Assembly: GCF_009914755.1 (NCBI RefSeq)
Contig: NC_060929.1
DNA length: 64,000 nt
Source of the DNA: the human T2T-CHM13v2.0 reference genome, Homo sapiens
Direction: 5' to 3' (one strand)
Below are positions 33,617 to 48,534 of the stretch, one piece after another. Position 1 is the first letter of the stretch; the number at the start of each line of letters is the position of its first letter. Both the position numbers and the translations under genes were made by a program. A model generated the notes under the pieces. That model saw only the letters and a list, made by a program, of their open reading frames with translations, had not been told where the DNA came from and made no database searches.

Positions 33617-36104
33617 TAGGATAACATTTTTATTTTGTTATCTTATATCAATCTGAAATTCAAATTTTACTTTCCCTATGTTATTACAGTAACAATTACA
33701 GTCACATTTGAATTGTTCACCATTGCTTTTTTGTCTTTGTATATGTTGATGTACAGTTTTAAAGAATAGTGTTTAACTTTGAACAACGTAAGTCATATAC
33801 TTAACATCTGACGTTATTTTTAAGGTTTAAAAAAAAAACTGCCTGTGATGCAATGATCTATTTTTTATGATGGACATACAATTTTTTAAGGCCATTTACT
33901 TATCAAGATGAACATCTTAAAAATGACTGAAGAGAACATGAACCTAAATCTTTTGACTACTTATCCGTTGCTGAACTAGCACGGTTAAGTGAAAACTTCT
34001 TGAATAAGGAGATAGTGATTGTTTCACATTGGCCTTTGGAGACGGCACTTGGGAGAATGACATCAGAATACAGCTGTCTGACAACCTGTGGTCATTTAGC
34101 TATTTTCAGGAAAGCCACAGAGAGTGGGCATTTATTAGTAGCCATGTGTCCACCCTAGAGATAGGAAAACAAAGCCACCACCAGCAGCCAACCTATTTTA
34201 GCCCTGTCACCAGAGCCTTTCTCCACTCATGCCACTGCCGGCTGATTGGCATGACTGCGTTCCATTATTCACACATCGCGTTTACTGTAAAGTCCCAATA
34301 TAACAGAGACGACTCGGCACCATCTCACTGCTGCTAATGTTTGTAGCAGCTGTTAAACCTGTGAGACATTACATAGCACTGGAGACCCACTCATTGGGTA
34401 GGAGATGTCCTTTATGTTTCCTTGAGCAGTGAAATCACAGTATCATCCTTTCCTAGTTCCAGGATCTCTAACGGGGCAGTGATGCTCTCTGATTTCCCTA
34501 TCTTGCCCTCACTTGAGATTCAAAATTTTGATTTTCAGTTCTTGCCAATTTGGTGTGACTAAATTTCTAGAAGGCATGTAAACAGTTTTGAACTTCAATA
34601 ACAAGTCTTTCCTTTTTAAAAATCTGCAAACTTCATTTTATTTCTAATGGTAGGCTGCTTGTTTTTCCTCTGTTTGTTATTAAACCAGTAGTGTGTGCCC
34701 AGAGTTGAACTAGTTTTCCTGTAAGCATTCTGGGGAGCAGGGGAACAGAACAGTCCAGAAAGGGTTTACTTAGTGTTTGTGTGTGAAAGAGAGTCATGTT
34801 CTCAGCTCAGATATTTATAAACAGAGCTTTGACCCACAAGAACGTGTTGTGAGACATGGAGAGCCAGGGTGTGTGACAGTTCCTTACTGCGTGGGACTCT
34901 GCTCTGCATCATAGAATACGCCACCCCTAGTTCTACTGAGTTAGATGCCATGGGCAACAACCAGTCATTGCTAGAACTGAAAACAACCTGCACCCTCCCA
35001 TGCCCAACACATTCCCTGGGTGGTCCTGCCCGTTGGGAACTGCTGCTCTTGCCATGTGAAATACAGGTACCTCTCACCCTGTATGGGGCTATTAGCTTAT
35101 TTTTTCTGCATAGTCACCACTGGGGATGGCAGCTGGATATCTGCTTTCCCCATTCTCCCCCAGATCACCCACTACACACAATGCCTATGTTCCCTCTGTG
35201 AAAAACTAGTGGATTATAACTGACCCTTCTTAAGCCTGCGAGGTGGTTGTGGTGGGGTCAGGATCTATCTAAGGAGCTTTGGAAAGTTTTGCCCTAAAAG
35301 TTGGCTTCCCATAACTTCATTCACTCAGCCGCTCTGTCCTGAACGAGACTGGAGAGTGTGAGAAGGCAGCTCGGGTGCCAGCACTCCAGGTGCCAGCAGA
35401 CGGGGCTCCACTGAAGACACGATGCTGCAAACTGAAAACAAAACAACAACAGCAGTGGTCTGAGAAGAGCACTGTCCTCATCATTTGTATTATAAGAGTA
35501 CAGGGTTTTCCCCCATGAGCTTTTTAGTGACCATAAAAGACCGTTTAATACTGCACAGTTTACTAAGGGCTTTTTCACTTATTTATAGCACTTGGACTTA
35601 CTTCCACTGGAAGGCAGAAAAACAATGGATTCCAATAAAGAGGGATATGATTACTTAGACTAGTTCTTAAATCACAGAACTCAATTTGAATAAAAAGTAT
35701 CTGGATAGAAGACTGTTAAAATAAACTTTAGAAATAAAGGCACATTCTCCATCTCTGGAAAAGGAAACAGGTCTCATGAAGGAGTCTAGGTTGACAACTT
35801 TAGCTCCTTCAAACTGATGGGGATAGGTCAGCTAATGCAGATGACTGGGTGAGGATCTCAAACCAAATACAAAAGGCCAGGAAAAAGAAGTGCAATTGTG
35901 GGATGTGACAGGGAGAAGGGCAAGCTGGAAGATGATGCAAGAGAATCTGTTAACTGTCTTGAACCACGTGCAGCTATTACTGCTTTCTTGTAAGTTTAAA
36001 TACACAGTGTCCATTGCATGGCATGTATTTTTCAAAGAACTATAGGAATCATGGTTTTGGGATGGATTCATATTGGTTCTGTTATTTATTTATTATTACT
36101 GTTA

Positions 36105-36409
36105 CTTTTTTTTTTTTTTTTTAAAGAAATAGGCCCTAGCTCTGTCACCCAGGCTGGAGTGCTGTGGCACAATCATAGCTCACTTCAGCCTTGAACTCCT
36201 GGGCTCAAGCAATCCTCCCACCTCAGCCTCCTAAGTAGCTGGGACTGTAGGAATGTGCTATCATGCCTGCCTAATTTATTTTTTATTTTTTGTAGAGACA
36301 TTATCTCATTATTTTGTTCAGGCTGGTCTTGAACTCCTGGCCTCAAGTGATCCTCCTGCCTTGGCTCCCAAAATGCTGGAATTACAGGCATGAGCTACTG
36401 TGCCTGGCC
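36105..36409 (-). mobile_element. AluJ
   Basis: Antisense dimer with AluJ diagnostics. Confidence 0.95.
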
Positions 36410-36829
36410 TATACTGGTTTTAAACTCTCTAGTAAAAGTATGGTCTTGCTCCAATTAATAGGATGCCAAGAGAGCCTGAATGGACAGCAAAATTTCGTAG
36501 GACCTTTTCCATGATTGTTACAAAAAGAGTGGGACTTTCCTTGTCTATGTCCTAGCACCTTTCTTTAATCACTAGAGTAGATAGACCTATTGTGTGAACG
36601 TGTCACATTAGCGGAAAATATTTGCATTGAAATTTTTCTCAGTGATATGGTGGGGCCCGCTGACATAGGGCTGGCAATAGCTGATTGTGTGCATTCTCCT
36701 TCCAACTCCAGGTACACGGATGTCAAATTGTACAAGTCATGAACGTGGCCATGGTTTGAGTATTTACACCACAGAAACCTGCGAGTACAACAAATCAGGA
36801 CTTTTTTTCTTTTTAAAGGGACACATTTA

Positions 36830-37244
<415 letters not shown>

Positions 37245-38448
37245 TTAACTGGGTAACCTTCACCAAAGTCAGAGAAAGCCATGCCCACGCCATGGCTCCA
37301 GGACAGGGTCTGGAGATAAAGTGGCAGGGCATCATTAAGATTCTTCAGAGTGCATTCTTGGCAGCTTGTTCAAAGAAAGGTTAGTCTAGAGAGCAGCACC
37401 AGCTGTTCCTCTTTTCATTGCAGGATTTTGAAATCCTTAGAAAGGTACTAAATATGTCATTAAAGGCAGAAATAAATGATACAAATAAAAAACCAACTTG
37501 CCACAGTCCCCAAAATATTATAACACAGAATGGATATTATTCACTTTTTACTGAGTGCTTAACAAGGACCTGAAAATGATGACTTGATGTTAACCAATAT
37601 CACAATATTACTTTGGGGGTGCGTATTTATTTCAAAAAGATGGTAAGTACAAAAGTATAGTTCTCATAAGATGCTTCTTTCTTAAGGATACTAAAGTTCA
37701 GTGCAGCCTACCTGAATAATTGAAAACCAGACAAATAATTGCAGGTAATCACCTGTGATTGAGCCTTGCTCTTACTATAAGTCATCTTCCCCAATCAGCA
37801 ACCTCCGACATGTATAGAATTTTATTTGTTGTGACAATAATTGTGTAGAAACCCAGTCTTCCAATGCACGGGAGAAGTTAGTATGTCCCAGAATAGCCAA
37901 ATAAAATGATCCCATTAGCTTTGGTGGTAGGACCTAGGATCTGAAAAACAGTCTTGTTTTTGCTTAATCTGATTACCAAGAAGTACAGAGCAAACATGTC
38001 TGTTTTTATTTAAATTATTATTTTTGGTATGCCTTAGGGGCTTGTTTTATTCTTCTATCCAAAAAGCTTACTTCTAGATAACCACTATGAGAGGCACAGT
38101 TATGTATGGGTGCTTCTTGTCTTCAGGGACTAATGAAAGACATCCAGTATTCCCATATCTGTACCCTTCTCTACTCCAGTTATTCTATCAGGCCCTCTAC
38201 AGCCTGAGGGATTCCTGCATCCAGGCCTTTGCTCCAACTACTGCTTCCAACCCTAGGTGCCTCCATCCACAGGTGGGAAGGATCAGCCTATAAATACTCT
38301 CTCATCTTTTAAGACCAAGCTGATGTCCTCCTATCACCTCAAGGGGATCGCTTATGATATAGGAGCAACTTTTGAATTATATAGAAGGGGTCTTAGTAGC
38401 AGAGGCCATTGTTGGTTGCCTCCTCATCACCCAGGCACCATAAATTCC

Positions 38449-38620
38449 CTGTAAATAAAATTTTATTAGAACTCAGCATGCTCATTTACTTAAGTATTAT
38501 CTATGGCTGCTTTCATGCTACAGTGGCAAAGTTGAGTAATTGCCACAGAGATGGTATGTCCCACACGGCCTAGAATATTTACTACCTAGCCCTTTATAGA
38601 AAATAAAAAGTCAACCCCTG
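38449..38620. mobile_element. MER58A partial
   Basis: gtaaataaaattttatt...ctatggctgctttcatgctacagtggca...atttactacctagccctttatagaaa...acccctg. Confidence 0.75.
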
Positions 38621-39533
38621 GCCTAAAGCATTCTGTAGCCTTCTGCTTTGTCTAGCAGGGAGGCCCAAGGAGTGCTTGGGAGGAGCCTGGGGCATCAGGC
38701 TTTCTGTGCCTCAGTTTGACCTCAAATTGCTAGACTTCCTCTCCCCTGCTTTAGTTCACACTTTAGTGGGACAGAGGATTTGGGCTTTCCAGCTTGGCTG
38801 GGCTCCAGTTACGACTTCGGATGCTTTGAACTGTAGTCAAGCAGGCAGTAGGGTCATCTCTCATTAAAGAAAGCCATATTTTATTTCCTCTCTGTGTTTA
38901 GCCTGTGTTTCTTTCGTGTATGTAGAGACTTGCTAAGACCACAAGAACAAGCCAGGGCACAGGAAGTTTTCTTACCAACTCCCTTAGTACTACTCCCCAT
39001 TAGGCAAGTGGTCAGTGACCTGTCAGTTTGAGGTTTTTGGTGCCCTTGAGGATGGCTTTTGGTGCACAGCAATACTAGTTATTGTTACTTTGCAGTTTTG
39101 AAAAGGAATATACAGTTTGTTAAATTTACACCACCTGAAGCCTAGCTTTTCCTGAAATTTTTGTGTTACACTTAAAAATTTTAATATTCTATCTACATAT
39201 CTTTTCAATTTTAACAATTACATTTATGGTGCCTTTGAATACTCTTTGGGTGCATTTATAAACTAAGTTCATTTTTAACTCATTTTATAATTCCATTTAT
39301 AAGTTTAATATATTCAGTTTTCTTTTTAAGCATTTCAACTGTTTAACAATCAAAACATCCCCAAGTGGTTGAGAATCTTAGAATTTTTTTCCATGAATTT
39401 TATAAATTAAATGACTCTCAAGTTCTGGTACATTCTAAATGAGAATCACAAAGAGAATCTATCAGTTTGATCTATGTGTAACATATACTTTAAATGAAAG
39501 TATTAATATTGTGGGGTTATTTTATCATTTTAA

Positions 39534-39838
<305 letters not shown>

Positions 39839-39951
39839 TATTTAATCATTTTTATACTCTTAATGTTAAATCTTCCAGGGTAAAAAGACTTTTCATTAAG
39901 GAAACAATTTGCCATCCCAAATGAAAGGGGTTATAATTCCATGTAACTTGA

Positions 39952-40302
<351 letters not shown>

Positions 40303-41317
40303 AAACTTGGGTTGCTTTTCAATCAAAATTTTTGGAGATACTCATTGACAAGTTAAGCCCTTTCAAAAAATAGTTGTGACAACTCTTAGAAAACGTCGGT
40401 CTTCAAAGGGGGTTGTTTGCTCCTGGATTAGGAGGTAGTTATCATTACCTACTTCACTGTCTACTCACACAGATGGATACTCCCACATAAGATTCTAGAT
40501 AATTTCTTCCACTGCTTGGTTGGACTTTATGTTTCTTTAGCACATGTTTTACTATCTTTCCATCTTGCTCTACAGATATTCCATTTTCTTTTACTGATAA
40601 TTTGTATACTATAAAATTCATCCTTTGAAAGCATACGATTCAGTTGCTTTTAGTATATTCATAGGGTTGTGCAACAATCATCACCATCTAATTCCAGAAC
40701 ATTTCTGTCATCTAGAGAGAAACACCTGAACCATTAATAGTCATCCCCCAATTATGCTTTCCTTCAGCCTTTAGCAACCACTACTCTACTTTGTTTCTTC
40801 ATGGATTTGCCTATTCTGAACATTTCATATAGATCAAATCATGTAATATGTGGTCTTTTGTGTCTAGCTTCTTTCACTTAACACAATGTTTTCAATGGTC
40901 ATCCACACTGTAGTATGTATCAGTACTTCATCCCTTTTTACGGCTGAATAATATTCCACTGTGTGGATATATCCCATTTTGTTTATCCATTTATTGGTCG
41001 GGTTCTACTTTTTGGCTACTATAAATAATGCTGCTTTTTATGAGCAGTTTTGTGTAAACACATGTTTTCATTTCTTTTGGGTATATATCTAGGGATGGAA
41101 TTCCTGGGTCATGTGTTAAATCTATGTTGTCAAATGCTTTTCCTGCATTTGACATGATCTATTAACATGACTGTATGATTTTTATCTTATAGTATATTAA
41201 TATAATGTGTTACACTGATTTTTGTATGTTGAAACAACTTTATATCCTGAGATAAACTATGCTTGATTATCATATATATAATTCTCTTTTATATGTTGCT
41301 GGATTAATTTGTTAGTA

Positions 41318-41729
41318 CAGTTGATCCTTGAACAACATGGGGGTTGGGGTGCTGACGGCCACACAGTCAAAAATCCATGTATAACTTTTAAGTCCCCCAA
41401 AACTTAACTACTAATAGCCTACTGTTCACTGGAAGCCTTGCCAATTAACATAAATTTTGTATATTATATGCACATTACATTATTACAATAAGATAAGCTA
41501 GAGAAAATAAAATGTCATTAATAAGATAATAAGGAAGATAAAATATATTTACTATTTATTAAGTGTAAGGGGATCATTATAAACTTCTTCACTGTCTTCA
41601 TGTTGAGCACGCTGAGGAGGAGGAGGAAGAGAGGTTGGTCTTGCTATCTCACAGGTGGCAGAGGCAGAAGAAAATCTGCATATAAGTGGACCCACACAGT
41701 TCAAACCCATGTTGTTCAAGAGTCAAATA
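41318..41729. mobile_element. Tigger2a (MER28)-like MITE
   Basis: TIRs cagttgatccttgaacaacatggg / cccatgttgttcaagagtcaa, with TA flanks. Confidence 0.8.
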
Positions 41730-42124
41730 TATTGGTTGAGAGATTTTTGCATCTATATTCACAAGGAATATTGGTCTTTAACTTTTTTTTGTAATGTATT
41801 TGGTTTTAGTATCATAGTAATCTTGGTTTTGTGGCATGAGTTGGGAAGTGTTCCCTCCTCTTCTACTTTTTGGAATGGTTTGAGAATTGGTGTAAATTCT
41901 TTAAACGTTTGGTAGAATTCAGCAGTGAAGCAAGGGTCCTGGGCTTTTCTGATGGGAAGGGTAATTCAATGTTTTTACTTGTTATAGGTCTAATTTTGAT
42001 TTCTATTACTTCTTGAGTAAATTTCAGTAGTTTGCACCCTTCTAGGAATTTGTACATTTAATGTAGTTTATCTAGTTATTTGGCAAACAATTTTTTTAAT
42101 TGTATTCCTTCATAGTCCTTTATA

Positions 42125-42519
<395 letters not shown>

Positions 42520-42569
42520 TAAGTTTCCCTCATTTTTGCTTTGTTAGTTGATTAAATATTTGTCAAACT

Positions 42570-42951
<382 letters not shown>

Positions 42952-45900
42952 CTATTGTTTTCCTAATCTCTATTTCATTTATTTCTAGTGTAATCTTTAT
43001 TATATTCTTTCTTCTGTCTGTTTTGGTTTAGTTTGCTCTTTTTTCTCCTACTTTCCTAAGGATGAACAAACATTTAATTTTAATGGCATTTTAAGAGCAT
43101 TCTGTTGGATCTCACCCCCATATATATTATTATGTTTCAATTTCTAGCTTTTTTGATTGATTCAAGTAAATGAAGTTCTATATTCTTTTCCTTGTTTTCT
43201 TATCTAGCATGGTTATACCTCTTATACATGTTAAAAATAAAATTCAGTTGGATTATGTCTCTCTCACATTTTGTTTCTGTATTCACAAGAGTTAATGACA
43301 TATTCCAAGTTACGACAAGAAAAAATGTAAATGATCTGTTTTTCAATCAGTGAATAGGATTTCTAATCTTACAAATCAGGGACAGAAGAGTCCTCCTTAC
43401 TTTTTTCCTCCCTACATCTATTTATCCAATTCTACATTGCGGAGTTCACTTGTAGCAACCACTTCTAGTACCAAATTATGAGTAACTGAATGTTAATGTT
43501 TGGTAGAATTAACTCAGCAATCCCTTCTAGTACGAAATTATCAGTAACTGAAGAGGCCTGTGGTTGACAGAAACAGAATGCCCAACTTAAACTGGCCTAA
43601 AAAGATGAAGAGGATTTATTTGTTTATAAAACTGAAATATCCCCTGCTAGTGTGTGCCCACTGGATTCAGAGGTTCATAAGGTAATCAAAGCTGAGGTTT
43701 GGTTTCTAGGTAGTCTCCGCAGGATACAAATGCTGAAAGATAGCTGATACATGAAGAAATAGCCAAGAAAACTGCAGGTGTGATTGAACCACAAACCCCT
43801 GAATCAAGCTATGCCAAAGGCCTGCAATCTGTGAACTTTTTAGTTATAGGAACCATTATACTCTGCTTATAACAGGCATTATAAATAATTATTGTATAAA
43901 TTAATGGGTTAGGCTATCAAGACTCAATGCAGATGAAGCATCTCCACAAGTCTCTGGTGAACTCCATTTTCAGTTACAGCATAATCCAGATTTGGATAAT
44001 TATTCCCTATTTTTTTCATGTGTATGAGTCCTCAGTTCCTTGAGGGCACAGACAATGAAAAAAAATTGTATTATCTAGTATTCTCAATATAATGTGAGAC
44101 ACAAAGAGGATACTTATTTGAAAAAAATAGATTTAAATAGCTGAGCTACAATGAAAAAGACAACAAAATATGTACTATATTTCATTCCATGTTAAAATGT
44201 TAGTAAAAGAAGAAAATTGAATATTGGAGAGAAGTTACCAGTCTTCCCAATTAATCAAGCCATGGTTTCATGAAGGAGGTGGGATTTTACATGAAGAGTT
44301 TCAAAACTGTAGATATAATTGGTTCAAATGATTACACATATGCCTACGGGCAGCTGCAATGAATCGTGTTGCAAACAGAAAAGTAAACAACCTATCCTGG
44401 AAAAGAGAACCACTCCAGAAATCTCAAGACCCACATAGGACACTTATGTTTTGAGCTATTCCTTTAATCTGTGTCCAAACAAAGCATCTAATTCTTATTT
44501 CAGAGAATGGAAAGCTCTGACATATGCAAAAAGAGAAGCATCAGTACACTTGTCTTTGCATGCAGGTGCAAGCAACAGACTTCTCAATACCATACATAAC
44601 ATAGTCGTTAATTACAGAGGCAGCCAGGTTCAAGAGCACATCATGTTCTCTTCCTTTTTCTCCTCTCCTCCTTTCCTTCCTTTCTGTCAATCATTTCCAC
44701 TCCACTCTTTCAAAAGAGCATTCATTTTTGGTATCAAGCACTTTTAGGGTATTCTACTTGATTTTTTATCTTCTGTATTTGGGGTAATATTCAGTTATGA
44801 TTTTCCTTCCTTTCAAGAAAGCAAATATTGTAAGTAGGAAGAAACCTATTCAATGAAAACCTTTCTCCTGGCAATAGAATAAGGTTGTTTAAGGAGTCCT
44901 ACCTATATGTCTGTAAGCTAACAAAGTATGTACTAGACAGGAAAGGGAGTTAATGAGTGAAAGCCCCAAACACATATTAGAGACAACCAATTAGCTTGTC
45001 TGAAACACAGGCTTGTAAAGCTATCAGTATCTTATAAAATGGTCTGCTACACACGAGTAAAATGTTGTTTAAATGGCTTGCTTAACTAGATGCATTCACC
45101 ATGAAATTGATTCTTTTAAGTTTTTTTTTTAAACTTAATACCCATTAAGTGTGCATATTGAAATGGCTAGGTGGGTGGGAGGGTGGGTGCACATCCTGAT
45201 ATTACAAAGTGCAGGTTGAAGATATGAGTTCCATATTTTATGAGGTTAAAGAGTATATGAAAAAGAAAAACAACTCATGATTACCAACAATTGTGTCTGC
45301 CTCAGTAACTGAAATGTTTCAACACAGTTGGATTATTCCTCCTTTGCCTTGCTAAAAGCTTAGACTGGGATGGCTAGATGTGCTCTGAGGACATTCCAGT
45401 GCTGAGAATTTATGCTTTTGTGTTACAGAAAACACGGTTTTCCCACCATAGCCTTTGATTCTGCAAAATAGCATGAGAGGAAGAAGCCCCTGAGCCTGGT
45501 ATTTTTCAAATCCAACATTTGCCTCAGAGTGAACATCAAATTTCATCCCTCTAAGACCTTACAAAACATTTGAGGTAACTTAACGTTAGCTGACAAATGA
45601 ACAATTCCTGATTCTATTTCACATTCTCAATTTTCTTAAAAGTCTACTCTATCTTTTAAAATGAGTTTTTGGCCACACCTCACATTCAACTTTTTCTGTT
45701 ATACGAGGCTGTGTGCCACAAATACACGTCAAACGATTGCTACCTGATCAGACAACCAGGGGAACGTGATTTGATTTTGTCAAGTCTAGCTATTCTCCCT
45801 GCTAATCCAATATTGGCACCCTTGTGCACTTTATTAAACTACTGTCAATTGGCCAACTCAAGGGATTCTCTGACTCAACAAAATATTAGGGAGAATATAT

Positions 45901-46805
45901 TTAGTCAATGGTTAAAGAATGTTGAAGGCACAAATATCTTTTAAAAACAGTTTATACACACAAGGTTATTTGGCTTTTGTAATGGAATATATGTCCCCTG
46001 TCTCAATCTTGCAGCTGTCGGGTATGAAAAAACAACAGCAGTAGTAACAAATCAAAATGTTAATATATGGAACCCAAATAAACATGTTTAATATTGGCCT
46101 TGTGGTACTATGGCAGCACTCTGTCCTAACAACGACAACATTTAGATGCTGGAGCAGATTCAAATTCTTGGGCCATAAACAGGAGACAGACAAATATGGC
46201 AAGCCACGCGTTACTCAGTCACCAATGGAGGGTGCCAATGGCCCCGTCCAGATGCAGAGATATTCAAGGGATGTGCCTGTCAGCAGTTTGTCCTCTGGCT
46301 ACAGCAAGAAGCCACCATGGAAACACCAGAAGGAAAAGAAAAAACAGGAAAGCATGGAGAACTAGGGGAAAGAGGGGCAGGGAGCTGAGGCAGAAAAAGC
46401 TGACAGCCGCCTCAATAGCACATCTGAGCAAGGGCAACAGGTAACAAATGGGCTTGTAACCAGGTGCCATGTCAGTCACGGGAAGGGAATTTCTTTCCCT
46501 GCTGGCAATACAGTCAGGAGCCTAATATCCTGGCAACTGAGAAATATGAGCTTGGAAAGAGGCTTGCAGGCCGTCTAAAGAAAAGCTAAGTGGTAATCCG
46601 TACTGAGGAATTTTAGCCAAAAAATCCCACACAGGACTAGTTGAGCTCAGTACAAAGCCTGTGAAAGACATGTCTCAAGAACATTCTAATCAGACATAAA
46701 GAGAACACCAGAAATAAAGGTTCCAAAAGCCATTGACTGGGATTTACCACAGCATTGGGAGTGTGGCCTTGGGTCGTAATTGTCATCCATGACTAGTTGA
46801 AAATA

Positions 46806-47057
46806 CTAGTTCTAAACCAGGGAAAGGAAAAGGCAACTGTACCTTCCCACGGGACATTTGATAATGTTTGGGGATTGTTTTGGTTGTCATAACAGGGGGT
46901 GGGGAAGCAGAGCAGGTGGTTACTACCAGCATCTAGTGGGTAGAGGCCAGGGAGATGTGGCTAACATCCTCCAATGCATAGGGCAGCTTCCCCTCTCACC
47001 TCAACAAAACATTATGTAGCCCAAAAGGTCAATAATGCCAAGATTGAAAAACCTTGC
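46806..47057. mobile_element. MER20
   Basis: ggacatttg...tttggttgtcataac...gcatctagtgggtagaggccaggga...gtcaataatgccaagattgaaaaacc. Confidence 0.85.
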
Positions 47058-48243
47058 TCTGAACTGATCTTCTAAGGCAAAAGTCAGAGAACAAACCCCT
47101 GTTAATGATTCAATCCACAGTTTAGCAGCACAAACCATCAGACTCACTCCCTGGAACCAGGAGATTTAGAAAGTGGACTGGGAGGGTAGACCAGGAGCTC
47201 CGTCCAGGAGCATCACAGGTCGACAGCTCCTATTCTCTGTGCTTCTTTCTGGCTCAAAATGAATGATCAACAGATCTTGGGGGGCCAAGTCAGTACACCA
47301 AATTGGGCTGAAACAAGTGTGCCAAGGAAGTAGCCACCTTTCACTCAGTCTACACAGTCACTGTTTTGGGCTCTGGGGATACAAAGGTGAACATAACAAG
47401 TCCTGGCCCTATGGAGCTTACATGGTGGCCAGCGATACTGACAGATATCAAGTAACTAAGTAAAGTCGGGTAGGAATAAGTGACATGAAGGAAAAGAAAG
47501 TACCACAGCAATAATAACATTTGCTATATAACTGATCTAAAGGAGGGACAGAAGGCAATATATGGGTTAAATATAAAGCAGCCATAGATAAGGACAAATC
47601 TATAGTTGGGTTCAAAACAATAGCACATAGAGCTATGATAAAAGCTCTACTGATTAGTCTCCACCTAATCACCTTGGATCAACCGACTCTTCATTGTCCT
47701 GGTACAAGACAAATGATTGATGTTGCCTACACAGTGAATGTTCATGACCAGTGGACACATCACCCTGAATGATGGTAATTACCCAGTGGATGCTGACAAC
47801 TGGTGAGCACTCCTAGGTTGCTTCACAGCTCTCAAGATGGCAATCATATTTATTATTAAGTAGTATAAGTAAATGTGACACCAACAGATAAAATATGAAC
47901 TTGAGAATTTCTATTCCTATGAAAAACTAAATGGAATGAGTTCAAAGAACTTAATAAAGGTGAGTCACTAAAACCAAACTGCTGTTGGATTGGATTTAGA
48001 TAAGATAACTACAAAGGATTGAGAGGGAAAGATGCAGATTGCTTCCCAAGTATCTTTAACTTATAGTTCCATTTTAAAGAAACAGAAGCTGAAAAATCAT
48101 AGGTAATGGCTGCTTAATGAAACAAATATAAAACACAACTCTGATTAGTGGCCACATATTCAGATAAAAGGCCTTGGCCCAACATGAAAAGATTAGTACC
48201 ATTGGTATGTTTAAATTAAAATAAATTATTTATTTTTAGTTCC

Positions 48244-48534
48244 TTTTTTTTTTTTTTTTTTTGAGACAGTCTCACCCAGGCTGGAGTGCAGTGGCACACT
48301 CTCGGCTTACTGCAGCCTCTGCCTCCCGGGTTCAAGCAATTCTCTGCCTCATCCTCCTGAGTAGCTGGGATTACAGGTGCCTGCCACCATGCCCACCTAA
48401 TTTTTGTATTTTTAGTAGAGATGGGGTTTTGCCATGTTGGCCAGGCTGGTCTCGAACTCCTGACCTCAGATGATCTGACCACCTCAGCCTCCCAAAGTGC
48501 TAGGATTACAGGTGTGAACCACCAGCGCCTGGCC
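48244..48534 (-). mobile_element. Alu (AluS)
   Basis: Antisense dimer with poly(T). Confidence 0.95.

Noticed and set aside
43454-43552. Repeat-spacer-repeat resembling a CRISPR unit
   Set aside because: Only two imperfect repeats, in primate DNA with no cas genes. A local duplication with filler explains it.
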